From Basidiobolus meristosporus CBS 931.73 (Eukaryota; Fungi; Basidiobolomycota), in the NCBI GenBank assembly GCA_002104905.1, contig MCFE01000173.1, positions 1 through 64,000 of the forward strand: DNA of 64,000 nt, in the 5' to 3' direction. The position numbers and the translations under genes were made by a program. This document shows positions 1 to 12,316 of this stretch, piece by piece (positions within the stretch are counted from its first letter, which is position 1; each line of letters starts with the position of its first letter). Under the pieces are notes generated by a model. It was not told where the DNA came from, did no database searches, and saw only the letters and a program-made list of their open reading frames with translations.

Positions 1-512
1 TGGCTCTCATCATCCATATTGCCATGGTTCTTCAAGAGGTTTTCGAACTAGAAACCAGGCGATATCGCATGTTAGAAGATAGGCGAGCTTGTTAGTGCGT
101 ACGACTGGCCAAGGAAAGCTACTTACGTCCTCATTTCTACGGCTCTCGTGGGGTTCGTTGTACTAGAGTGGGACCAATAACTGTACATTAGCTTGGGCAA
201 CTCGGAAGCAACATACGTAGTTTCTGACCAACCTCGGTATACTTCATGAGGATCTGGTCCATATCGGAGCTGGCATATTGCACCAGTTTGTTCTGCGAGT
301 TAAATATGATCAGGCCGATCTCGCACTCGCACAACACGCTTAGCTCGTAGGCTTTCTTCATTAAGCCAAACTTTCTCTTGAGAAAGGTGACCTACGGGTG
401 ACGTGGAGAGGGTAAGAGTTGCGGCAAGCTGTGCAGGGCAGGGAAGGGGGAAAACTACTTGTTTGTTTCGTTCGTCCAGAATGGGCTTAATCTCGATTTT
501 CTTACGGCCCAT
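1..512 (-). CDS. MEF2-type (Rlm1/Smp1-like) MADS-box transcription factor, 5' part; runs off the left edge
   Basis: Spliced exons 512-459, 391-233, 162-127 and 47-1 with GT..AG introns give [83 protein letters not shown]. This is a MADS domain followed by a MEF2 domain. Confidence 0.95.
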
Positions 513-3500
513 GCTTGGTAGTTGGCTCGTGTAGTTGGCTGTTAGTGGGGGATGAGTTGTGTAGTTGCTACTGGAAGGTAGGAGGGCAACCGCAAAGCAA
601 AAGAAACCATGCGAAACAGGGGAACAGACAAAGTAAAAGAGCGAGGAGATTAGTTGTACGTTACGAAGAGGCTGTCTATCGGCACTTGAGCTTACCGACA
701 AGTATCTGAATTCGAGCTGGTGGTAGGTGGGTCAGGTTGCTTGATAGAGCTTGTTCTTTTTTTAGGACTAAGTTTGTGAAAGGGGTGTTGCTAAACTTAA
801 CTGCGATGCCGAAAATAACTGACTTTCGAGTGAAAAAAATAGATGAGGCCCAAGATTGGGCTATGGCACAAATAGATTGTTAGTTTATTCTTGGGGGCAT
901 CCCATTGGATCAGAATCATTCTAATCATAGAATGGATCATGACATAGGTCCTTCCGATTTCAAACCAATGACACCGCACGCCAGATCCTGATTGAGTGAG
1001 ATCCTACTGAACTCACCAGCTGGAACAGCGAAGGACCCAACAAGGACGAGGCCCAAGATGGGTCGCGACATGAGTAGGAATGGACTCAACCTCGAGCATG
1101 GTGGTTTGTCAGTAGCTACGTTGGTGCTGTTGGACCAAGTGAGAGACATAATGGTGTTCATGTAAATCCACCCGCCACCGCCATTGTCAAACCTCAGCTT
1201 ATCATGACTGTTGACTGGTCCTTGGAACTGACATCATACGAAGTCACAAGATGCCCAGCAGATGACTTCCAAGGGATTGTAAATTTGTGACACCTGTTTC
1301 GTGGCAACACAATAGCGTGGACCGGATCTGGATCCTCGATGTATAAATAGGTACATCGGCCAATTGATCACAAATCAGTCGTGGGTGCCCATGCTAAAAA
1401 TAGATTGATTGCTGAGCAAACCACAGCATTCGACACTGGAAATGCCATTTCTTGCGCATCGAGGTAAGCACGTCCAAGCGTTGTGCCAAAGCCTGTACCG
1501 AGGGTTCCAATTCCTCCAGATATACGTTAGACCTAAGGGTGAGACATCCTGGTGGGGTGGGTGTTGAATGCAGTCAGGCCTGTCTTCCGGTTAGGCCCTC
1601 TTCTTCCACCACATGGTCAGCCAAGCTAATCACACAAAGCTCAAGCCACTCGCGGCTTGATTTGGCGCAAGTAATTTTTCCCATGATGTGACTATCCGAT
1701 AAGCGTGTTCCATTTCTGAGGGGGGGGGAAGCAGCTGATGTTATCGGGGATTTGCGACATTTATGGGAAACACCATTAGAATGAGGATTACCATGGGAAA
1801 AAGATTGGGTTCACCTCAGCTTTGGTAACGTTGAGGATGTTACTTGAAGAAACGTGCCCTGGTAAGTATGTCGCCTAAGAAAAGGGCATTCTCAAGGAAG
1901 GAAGGTAGCTAGGGATCAAAATGGGAGATTCGTTAACCACATAGAACCCGACGTCAATCATACCTTTCGTATATGATGAAAGGGGTTGGGATGATTCATT
2001 GATTCACATCTGCCTCGATGTTGCTCAATTGCAATCATGAGGTGCAGTGATTGTTGGAGACAGGGATCCCAATTCCGTAGCGTGGGATCCCTCCCCCCAA
2101 ATGGCAACTCCCGTTGGGAGCCCGTACATTGTGGATCAGGTGTATGGGAGAACCGTTTTATTACTTACTGCAGCACAATAGCTGAGTCTACTGCTGTGCG
2201 ACCATGTAGGCAGATGGCAATGGTTGGTGCATTTCAGGAGGTTCATCCCCAAGGCGCTTTTGGTTAGCTCAGATGCGGGGGTGGGGCTTGTCAGTGGCCT
2301 TGTACCCAAAGATTTCCGGTCCGTCGGTATGGATCCATCACCAACCACGATTTCCACTGCAGCGCTCAGCCCAGGATCCCAAGGCATGGGCAAGTGTCGA
2401 CGTTGCAAATCTCGGTATTCTGCACCATCAGATAGCTGCCAATGAGTTGAAAAAAATCCATGACTGGGTCAGATGCCCCAAGAAGTGCAATGTGTGAATG
2501 GATACAGGCCCTCAGCTGGAGGAATATGGAGTTCTGTGTAGGGGATGTTATAGATACAGGGCAATCATATTTGCTGGTTTACTGTTCTCAGGTGATGGCA
2601 AGCTAGGTGCTTGAGCTCTGATTTACTATCAGGTTTGCCATTTCATATATTGGAGAGTGTCTGTTTCATAGGACTTGGGTTGTATGAGGCAGTAATCATC
2701 ATCTCTCAGACACCACCCCTACCACTGTCATCTTCGGTTTCCCCAGCTATACCGATTGACAAAGGATTTCATTTCCCCGATAATTTACTGCATTGCTCTT
2801 CAGCATATACAAGACATCAACCTGACTGTCCTTGAGCATTGTCCTAGTAGAAGCTGAATCAATCTATTGCTCCAAGTGAGATGGATTCGTCCACGTGATG
2901 CGTCGTGGTGGTTTTCCAAAACTCAGAAGCCACTACGCTTGACTCACAATCGCATCGTGAGCAAGGTAATTCCCTGCCCCTCGGTACGTTTTCGAGTCGC
3001 CCAGCGTCCGAGCTGAGGTTCATTCCTGGATGGGCCTCCGACCAGTGATATCCGTATTGCTAGGCATTCCATCCGCTGCGGCAACGGCAAAGACCGCAAC
3101 CTGAAATGGGGACGACCAGTGACCCATGCAGCCGATACACACCAGGTGACCTTTCTAATCCGGATATGCGGTGATGGGTAAGTTGGTATCAGCTCTCCAC
3201 GTAAGTATCCTCCCGTTCCACCGATGTGCCCCACATCCACACGGCATGTGGCACTAGCTTGATCCATATCGGGGTTGGGCATGTATGCCATTCGTATGCG
3301 AACTGAGCATGGCGTTGGTTGGGCCCTAGGAAGCATAGTTGCCTCGAGTTGAGCGGAGTTCGCGGGTGAGAGCCAGCCCTGGCGAGGTTGACATCGGGCC
3401 TTTTCAGTCCTCAGAAGTATTTATACGTTTATTTATTCATTGAAACCTGGCATATTCACTCAGTGAACGGATATGAACTTCTGTCGAGATCGGGTAACCT

Positions 3501-3600
3501 GGGTGTCTAATTGAAATGGGGTCACTATGAGGGGTATCTAAAGTATCTAATCAAAAATATATCAAGAGGGGATGGAGCGGGTATTCCTAGACTGATGATC

Positions 3601-4793
3601 CTAACGGCATTGAACTTCCCAAAGTTGCCCATCCATGCTAGCTGTGTAGCAGCTCGAGCGGCGCCGAATCCTGCTTACTGCTGAGGCGTTCTTAGCATCC
3701 CGAGATTTGTGAATGATTCGCTCCGCATTGGTGACCGCAACCTTCAGCGGGTAGGTGGCATTGACCGTCTCTCTTTTGGAGCAGTACCAGAACACCAAAT
3801 CCGAGGGATTCTTTCTCTCTCCACCGTTGCCTTGATGGCGTAGCCGACTGATGGCGAAGGAAATCTCCTCCGGCTTGGCTTTGCAGGGGCCTCGTCGCAA
3901 GAGGTCCCCGAGCTTCCCCAGATACCATCGCTCCGCATAGTCCACCCAACTATGGATCCAAAGCTCCCTCTCGACGTATTGCGTGGCCATCTCCATGAGG
4001 GCGTGCATGGACTTGCCTCCCCGGCGTATCTTACTCGGATGGCCGTAGAAGTAAACGTTCTCTTGGAGAAATCCCCGGAGGTACATCTCGGTCTCTGGGG
4101 AATGTTGGCGCCGTTTTCTCCACGCTCTCAGGAACTTCGTGGTGAAGTTCACACGGGCTGACTGATAGGCAGCGTTACGCGAGCATGTAAGCCGCCCTCT
4201 TTCATAGCCACGTGGGATGCTCATGAGTGATCCGTACAGCTCCTGTGCCATCCGCTCACAGTCCCTACGGAGGTAGAATGTGCAGGCGCCGTCCCCGGTG
4301 TACGGGGCCCGAAGGCTTCGCAGGTCGTTATCGGTCAAGCCGTACTGCTGCTTGGCCGTGGTTCTCGAGACCGTTACGTAGCTTGGGAGTTGATGACAGC
4401 TAGTGCAGATGCACAGGGAGCTTATCACGGGGTGCTGGTAGCCGTCCTCAGCCCAACAGAGCCGACATTTTTGCAGGTACATTCGGATGAAGGTTTGCCG
4501 CGGTCGGTGGTGTTGCTGCGCTTGGCTTCCTCTATACGGGATCGCTTCCTGGGCGGCTTTCCTACTCTTCGGGTGCCAGGGTCAATTCTGCGTGAAATCA
4601 AAAGGTTGCCGAGGCTATACAGCTTCCGAGAACAAAGGCTGAGGTGGATGATGGATCTGGGGTCAAGGAAGGAGTACACGAGTAGAGCCAATTCATTAGG
4701 TAAGGAGTGTAGAGGGCTTATCCGGGTGGCTAGCAACATCAGAGACTGGGAACATAGGTGCGAACAGACAGGTGCAGATATATATATATCCAT
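3601..4793 (-). CDS. F-box protein with XPA/Rad14-like zinc finger and XPA C-terminal-like domain; split by a 1-bp frameshift near 4579-4581
   Basis: ORF 4425-4793 carries the F-box motif LHSLPNELALLVYSFLDPRSIIHLSLCSRKLYSL. Overlapping ORF 3601-4482 carries CRLC-x16-CTSC followed by SRTTAKQQYGLTDNDL...FYLRRDCERMAQELYGS. One extra C in GACCCTGG joins them as ...RRIDPWHPK... The start could be 4793 or 4739. Confidence 0.7.
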
Positions 4794-5906
4794 CCCACCG
4801 ACCGAAAAATACCACCTTTCAATAGCACCTAGCTAAATCAGCCGCCCGCTTGGCGTCGAGGGATGAAAATGAAATTTCGGCTCGGACGCAAACTTAAAAA
4901 TGGATGTTTCCTCTCGCAACCTCCAACAAACTTGATCATCCCACGGGCGATCCAATTTTAATTAGACAATCCGGAGGGATCGTTGTCTATATATAATCTG
5001 GTCGGCCTGATTGGGCCCCCGAGGCCCACTTTCGTTATTGTTAGGGATGTTGGCCACCATCGGTTTATATTATTCTTGCCGGCCCGCGCCAGTAGGATCC
5101 CGGCCACTGCCTGGATTTGGTATTTCGAGGGGCTTCCGTTGGTTCGTACATCGCGCACTCTTCCCTGCTCTGGCTCTCTAATATACTACGATCAGCCCGA
5201 GCTATATGATATTAATATTCTCTCCCGCTCGTCATTGGTGCCCAACCACCAAACCTCGATTATTTTAATGGCGAAATTGGCATGATTCGATCGAGTCCCA
5301 TATGGATTTTCGAGAGTCGGTACTAATTTTAATCTCATCTGTACCTCTATTCGCACCAGCGAAGCCAACGCATCGGGTTAGGTGTTGAGAGGTTGGCGGC
5401 GGGAAGATGCCTGACCTACGCGCGGCGCCGCTCCGTTCATTGAAATGCCCCATTCGTTAGCTTTGGAGGGGCTGTACGGCGCGGGAGAGGCTCCTTCTTT
5501 TGACGGCTCGAGGCAGGCCAGCGAGTGTGTGCTGTGACAGTGTGTAATCAGTCAACGCAGCCAGCAGCACAGTCTGTGAACTTCGAAAGATTGACACTAG
5601 ACCAGTGCACTACAGGTGACTTGAAGGTGCCTACGGTCCCAGCCACACGAAATCCCCTCCTATCCCCCACCCTAACCAGATGTGCCTAACGTCGATATGG
5701 ATCCAGATATAGATATAGATGGAAAGTAGCTTAAATCGTGGTCAGATGATAAAAATATAGAGATCTGGCTCCTATGGGATGTCGGATCTGTGTGTACTAA
5801 ACTTTGCTGGGCACTCCATGTGGATTAGAATTACAATCTTTATTTATACATCAAGACCCGAGTATCGCCAATCGACTCTCGGTGTCCCCTTGGAGGGATA
5901 CTTCAT

Positions 5907-6200
5907 TTAGTTACCGCTGTTGGCCTGCATGCGGGCCTCTCCTTTGGCCTTGTTGGCGGCCCCCTCCACCTCGGTCTGCAGGTTCCCGAGGGCGCTGCCC
6001 ACATTCTCCTGGAAATGACCTTCCAGCTTCTCCCCGGCACCTTGGGCATAGCCCTGGGCCTGAGCACGAAGATACTCAGCGTTACCCTCGGCACGGGTGG
6101 CCGCACCCTCAGCCTGGATCTTCTGATTCCCAATGGCGCTTCCAACGTTCTCCTGGACGGCGCCAGCGGCGGATTTCATATTGGCAGTGATCTTATCCAT
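5907..6200 (-). CDS. CsbD-like / Hmp1-like small stress protein (97 aa)
   Basis: Intronless ATG-stop ORF with two internal repeats (GAVQENVGSAIGN..QAEG / GHFQENVGSALGN..EVEG) and an Ala/Gly/Gln-rich composition, typical of fungal CsbD-like proteins. Confidence 0.8.
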   Translation of the reverse strand: MDKITANMKSAAGAVQENVGSAIGNQKIQAEGAATRAEGNAEYLRAQAQGYAQGAGEKLEGHFQENVGSALGNLQTEVEGAANKAKGEARMQANSGN

Positions 6201-6967
6201 GGTTAAGTGAAAAGTAGGATTCTTGTGATTCGTGGCGCCACAGACCGCCCTTCACTCATTTATATACCTTACGGAGCACGTCAACGTCAACTCCTGCACG
6301 CAATGGAGATGGTTGCTGGTGGGGTCCGTGACCACGACCACGACCACGACCACCACCATGGTCCTACCTGCTCACCTAACGTCACTCATGCGAAACGACC
6401 TTCCAAAATACGTCATCCGGGTTACGTCTTGATACCCACCGAATCCTTGAGGTTCATCGAAACCAACGGGGATTTGGAATTCATCCCAAGTGATCCGCAT
6501 CCCCGGTGACTCATTGGTCCCTTTGGTGATCCCTCACCGAGCTGAACCCATTTGAATCGCTCCCTGCCCCGACTCCCTTCCTTCATGATGACGTGAGGTT
6601 GGCTTCGCTCGGTGGCGTGATGCCATTGTTGGATAATTCACTGATCGCACACTTCGCGGATGTCCTCCGCCCCGAACTGGCCCTGGTTCGCCCGGTCCGA
6701 TCCAGAGCCCACTATCTAAGTGATGAATGGTGGCCAGCGATGACTTGGAATGGCGCATGGCACTTCAGGGAACTACGTGGTAAGAATGCATGCTTCCTGG
6801 TATTTTAATATGTTTGTTTGTTGGGGGGGGGGAATCTCTCGAAAACAACCTTGCTCAATGTCTTAACGTCTACTCATCTGGTCCACGCTACTGGCCAATA
6901 GAATCCTGGCGCCCCCTCTCCCGAGAACGGTGGGATCCACTGATTCAGATTGGGATCGGGTGCGTGT

Positions 6968-9561
6968 TCAGTGGATGCCCTCGACTGCCTCTCGCTCGAC
7001 GTAGAATTCCAGCACATCCCTTAGGTTGGTGATGGACCCGGTGTCGGTGTCAAGGATCTGGATAGGCAGCAAGGTGTGCAGGTGCTCCGTGGTGGTGATC
7101 AAGTGCAGTTGGATCTTCTGGCAGCTGGACGGCTGCAGAGGGCTGCGTGGGGCCGGATGGATCAGTACCTGTCAGAGGGTCGTGGCATGCTAAACAACTC
7201 TCACCTCAGTTGGACGTTGCTTTCCAAACAGAGCATGGTGGCCTGGCTCTTCTCGTGCTCCACCTGACGTCGAAGGAAGTCTACATGGAGCCGGGTGAGT
7301 TCTTCCGGAGAGGACTCCTGCACTCAAGAATGATTCGTGACGATCTTACCTGGTGCTCGCATCATGGGCGCCACCCTAGAGTCCGTGGATGCGTCGGATG
7401 CTGGCCTAGAGAGAAACACCCTGGTTAGATGTGTGCGCGTGCAAGCACCCCGTTCTCCGACCCCGTCCTACTAACCGGTTCGGCCTTGGGGATTTCGAGG
7501 AGGACTTCAGGAACTTTCTATTTGGTATGACCACAGTCAGGTTGCGCGTAGCCCCCGATTGGTTGACAAAGAAAAGCTCCACGCTGAAAAACTTTCGGGC
7601 GACGATCGGAGTCTCGGGTACTGGATGCTTCTGGTTAGTTCATGTTCCGGATGATGAAGCCACTTCCTCACTTACTAGTAAACGAAATAAACACCCCGTT
7701 GTCCAGCTGCAGCGTCGGCGTATCTTCCCCCAGCATGTCCCTTCTGTCGGTGGTACGAATACCAAGGTGGGAATTGGGCCTAGCCGTCAAAGACGAGGAC
7801 CGCGCAAGCTTTGTGGAGGCCGGGATGAATTTCCTTAGATTCGGGTGGGCGCCGGACGGGCTGTATTCGAAATCGCTGGCTGCGGAGCCTAATTGCCTTC
7901 GATTAGGCACGGGCGAAGACTGCGGACGCATGTTAAGGTTCGGAGTGTTTGGAACCACCCGTTTGGTCTGTGTGGAGACTTCGATCGGGAACTTCCACTC
8001 CGACCGGATGCTTCTCCCTTGGAAACAATCCAGTTGGGGCACACTCAGCACTGTGATGGTAGCATAGTAGGCTCGTTCCTCCGATCCCTTGGGTGGTGGT
8101 GGTGGCTGCTGCTGGTACGAGGGCTTTCGGTAAGAAGCGCCATTCAGGGGAGGTAGGCTGGCCTGGCTTCCATTCTTCGTGACGCTATTCTCGATCAAAT
8201 TCACGTCGAACAAGAAGGTGCTATGGTCAGTGGCTTGAAAGCTCATCGGAAAGAGGCCATCCTGCATCGAGATAAATGGTTAGTTGGAGCCTGGGTTCGT
8301 GCGGGTTGGACCTGCACTGGTCTCTGTGGCTACCCACCTCGTCTCCACAGTAGGTCACCGTCGCGTTGGTCACCGTGGTCTCCACCTTTTCTAGTAACAC
8401 GGGTGTTTGATTGGAGCACTTCAAGCACAGCGATATGAATGAGGCTTTATCTCCAATCACCGTTGTCCTAATCCTGGCCTCTAACGCTTGAGTGATGGAG
8501 ATGGTTTTCTGAAGAGTGATTTTCTCTAGTGGAAGGCCAACACGGGGAAACGGGTAGCTGGACGGCAGCAGGGTAGTCGGCGAATCATCGGCGGAATCGT
8601 CCAGGCTTCCTATATCTGAGATAAATCCCGTAAGTGATCCGACGGGGCCACACCATATGCGAGGATTGAGGTACCATAGGATAGATTGCCCATGAGGGTG
8701 ATGATGTCCATATTCTCCAAGCTCTCCCCCTCCTCCTCCTCCTCTTTTGGGATTGATTGCGATATCTTGCGAGAATCCTGGACCGATTTTTCGTTGATGA
8801 AAATGGTGATGACAGCAACCAGCTCCTGTCCCTTAACCTTGGCGAAGGCTTTGAATAGATAAGTAAGAGGATGCAAGTAAAGAAGCAACACAGTCTAGAT
8901 ACCTAGTGGAACCCCCAGCGGATACAAGCAAACCAACTCGTCATTCACTTGGAACAGCTTCAGCTTCTCAATCTCCTTGGGCCTAAGGTTGTATATCCGC
9001 GACAGCTTCCCCCCCTCAATAAACGGCTTCCCGTTGGTCGTACTGTTTCCCCCATGGCCATTGGTGTGCTGGGTGTTTTCGTATGAGCCGCTCTTCTCAG
9101 TGAATTCGTACACCTGGGTGCTTGGGTCGATATTCTCCACGCTGGAACCATCCCGCACATCTACCTGGACCTGGATCTGTAACAAGGAGTGGAAGAGGCT
9201 CGCTATCTCCTCTTGTTTCGAGTTTTTGAACAGCGTCGAGCTGGTTGGTGTTCGTATGACCAAATAAAAGTTCAGCACTTCATCTAAAAATGGGAAGAAA
9301 ACCGACCGTAGATTAGCCAAGGGTAATCAAGTGAGGGAAAGGGGGCAGAAGAGAGGCGGCCGGTTGTGCCGTCACATCCAGGGAAATGTTGACATTTCCG
9401 GGCTGGGTTGGTCCGTAGAAAACATGTGGTTGCCTTGCACCCTTACCGAAAAACAATTGCTTTCTGACCGGCGCGTTTAGGATATCCACCCCACTAGCAA
9501 GCGTCTCCGTGGGTGCAACATCGGGTATGAGTATATCAAAGGATAACTCCGAAAAATGCAT
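6968..9561 (-). CDS. TRAPP complex subunit Trs65-like protein (multi-exon)
   Basis: Splicing at TTCG|GTAAGG ... TTTTAG|ATGAAG gives RKQLFFDEVLNFYLVIR. Later exons read DNGVFISF, PETPIVARKFFSVELFFVNQSGATRNLTVVIPN, ATMLCLESNVQL-SPLQPSSCQKIQLHL..QILDTDTG..LRDVLEFYVE. Stop TGA at 6968-6970. These motifs resemble fungal Trs65; internal exon borders are only partly resolved. Confidence 0.7.
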
Positions 9562-9915
9562 CAGATCTTTACTCGTTCACTCGAGATGAAGCAGTATGTG
9601 AGGTCCTTTTCTGTACACGCTCTATTCGAGGGTATTAGGAGGAATGGAATTGAAAGATGTCCTGGGTTGTTGTTGGACACACTATGGTGCTGAAGGGGAA
9701 TCGCAAGCGAAAGTAAGGGAGGGTTTGGAGTAGTGGTTGGCATCACTAAAGAACAATTATACCTACTATAACCAGGAAATCAATGAATTGGGTTTAACTA
9801 AACCAACTACGGATGATGGAAATTCATGCTCCCTAGCATCATCGTTTGGGGAGATCTGCTTTGCAATGGCTTTATTCATGGTTATTCATTCACAAGCATT
9901 GGTATTCCTGAACAA

Positions 9916-11833
9916 TTAGTATCGCTGAAATTCCTTTTGCTCGGTGAACTCCGGCACGATCTCCGAAATGACGGAGTCGATTAAAGCGAAGACCAGATGC
10001 CTGTTTGCAGCCTCAGACTGGAAGGGGGTCAGGATATCCTGTGCCAGACAATCCGAACGACTATTGCCAAGAATGAGCCTTTTCACGTTTTCTAGAAGAA
10101 AAGCCCACGTCAGTACGGATACGCAACATTGCCCTGCATCCTAAACTACCTGGGATCAGCTGGTTGACTATTCTTTCTGCCTCGTGTTTGGTTCTCAGCC
10201 GCTCATCGGGTGATATCTCTGCTCCAGTAAAAAACACTCCGTTGGGCCATAAAGAGTTGCGCGCCTGCTCGAGATAATAGGCCAGCCGTGGTTCGCTAAG
10301 GGCGCTTTTGATTTGATTCTCAATAAATCTAAATAGCCCATTAGCGCAAGTCAAGCCGCAAACGGCGGTAGGTCAAAATACTAACATATCAATCCAACTT
10401 CCGCCAATTAGCCTAACCAACGGAAGGACGAGCAGCTCCACTTGGGAATACAGCCACCGGTTTCTTTCGGAGATCAACAACATTTCGTTGACCAGCTCCA
10501 CTAGAGGTCTTTCCAGCCTTGAATGCATCTTGAACGAGTGCATGCCGAATTGCTTCATTTCTAAAAATCTGTAGATGGCTCCGAAAAACCGATTCGGAAT
10601 CGATACTATTCTATTCCAAAATAATTTGATTCCCATCGCCCACAGATTAACTAGCAAGCTGAAACTGAATATATTACTTGTTTCTTGAGGATTGCTTACG
10701 GGATTGTCGTTCTCGATGTTGGACACGCTGGATCGGTTGTGATGAAAGCTGAACTTTTGAGCTCCCTTCACTTCGTCTTTATCCGAGGTTGAAGGTCGGT
10801 ATGATGTGTATGCACCATTCAGTTGCTTGGGATTAATCAAGGAAATGGTCGGTCGTGTTGACGATGTTAGTGACTTTCGGTGTCTCCTCGCCCTTCTGGT
10901 AGAGTTCGAATAGACGTGAAGCTCACGAGCAGGTTGGGCATTATACTTCGGCGTTGAGGGTAGATTTTGGGAACCTTCTAAAGAATCTTGCGACTTGGCG
11001 ACACTCTCAGCATTACCTCCTTTTAACTGGATTTCAGTAGAAGGTATCGCGATTGGTCCTAAAGACTACCGAAGGGAAGTCAGTGGCTTGTATTTTTTAA
11101 AGCAAGTCGACCCTGAATTGAGTCAAGTCTGGAGTCAAAGTGTTCCTTACTTTGACAATAATATTATTGATGGTGTATGGATCGCTGAGAGAATTCACTA
11201 CGTTGGTTAGGACAGTGCAGGTCATTATTTCCCTCAATAGGTATCGTACAGTATCCGATTCGTATTCCTCTACAGGTAGTAGTATTCTAAGCATGCGTTC
11301 TGAGAGCTCTCTCAAATACTCTTTTTCGGCCTCTGAAGAGGAGAGCGCAAAATGGGGTTGGATTCCGTGGAATAATGTCTCAAAGGTAGCGTAACCGGCC
11401 TGGGAAGTTCCGACTTTACTTTTACATAGGCGAAAATCTTGGTAATGTCTTTTTAATATGCTTGAGAAGTTATAGACAATAAGCTTGGTCCAATCAACCT
11501 AAAGGCAGCTGAAAGTTAGTGCTTGCGATTAAGCTCGTCTCCGCAGGTCTTTACCTTTGAACAACGGTCTTCCAACTCTTGCGTTATGTTGCTGAAAGTA
11601 TACACGATTTCCGAAAGGAATTCAGGGTCTTGCGATATTGAATCGTACCAAGTCAACACGAAGTCACGTAATAACAGTGCGAGAAGATTATACAGCTCTA
11701 CATCAACGCATCTCGAGGATTTAGTTAAATGGATAAAGTTTTTCTCAAATATGGGTTTAAATATGGATAGGCATGTGTTCGTAAAGTTCAAGGTTTCGTT
11801 CTTTCCTTTGTACAAGGTTCTATTTAAATGCAT
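9916..11833 (-). CDS. PXA-domain protein with sorting-nexin C-terminal (Nexin_C) domain; no PX or RGS domain recognised; 5' end uncertain
   Basis: PXA exons read LLALLLRDFVLTWYDSISQDPEF, VDWTKLIV...HFALSSSEAEKEYLRELSERMLRILLP, LLREIMTCTVL...LSDPYTINNII. Nexin_C exons read LVNEMLLISERNRWL, YYLEQARNSLWPNG, NRHLVFALIDSVISEIVPEF. Stop TAA at 9916-9918. Confidence 0.85.
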
Positions 11834-12316
11834 TTTTGCGAAGGTTAAAGAAAGAGAGGCTCCCAGCTTCAGTGTCCCCTTGTGACTATATGCAGTATGC
11901 GAATCTCTAGATTAAAATAGGTATGGTTGATAAAATTGCATATACTAGTTGTATTTCATAAAACTGACTTCCAGCATGAAGCACTATTAGTCTATTGATG
12001 ATTGACTAAATCAAACCGAATCTTGATTACAATTAGGTATAAGTTGCGCGGCATGAATGGTGCTAAATCTGTCGAGTTGTGTCTCATAAATGAGTTTATA
12101 CATAGTCATTCATCAATGAACGTTATATATATATATATTGAATGACTGTAGATGCAATCATTAGCATTGTCTGATTAGGTATGCAGCATGCGACAAATTG
12201 AAACAATAATATTTATGACGCACGAAAGGTAAAATTCGCATGCAATCAAAGTAACAAGCTGATCATGTATTCCAGCGAAAGCAATATGAATATATAGATA
12301 TGTATAGAGATCTTGA

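Noticed and set aside
300-701. 133-aa ORF-track protein containing MGRKKIEIK
   Set aside because: It reads through 5' UTR and intron 1 of the MADS gene; the real start is 512 and the product is spliced.
2944-3336. 130-aa minus-strand ORF with a real ATG
   Set aside because: No recognisable domain or splice structure; it cannot be supported as a gene without expression or homology data.
6207-6808. Plus-strand His-rich ORF (DHDHDHDHHH) and neighbouring ORF divergent from the CsbD-like gene
   Set aside because: The His/Asp run comes from an ACCACG microsatellite, the two ORFs are in different frames separated by stops, and they occupy the CsbD promoter region. No family motif was seen.
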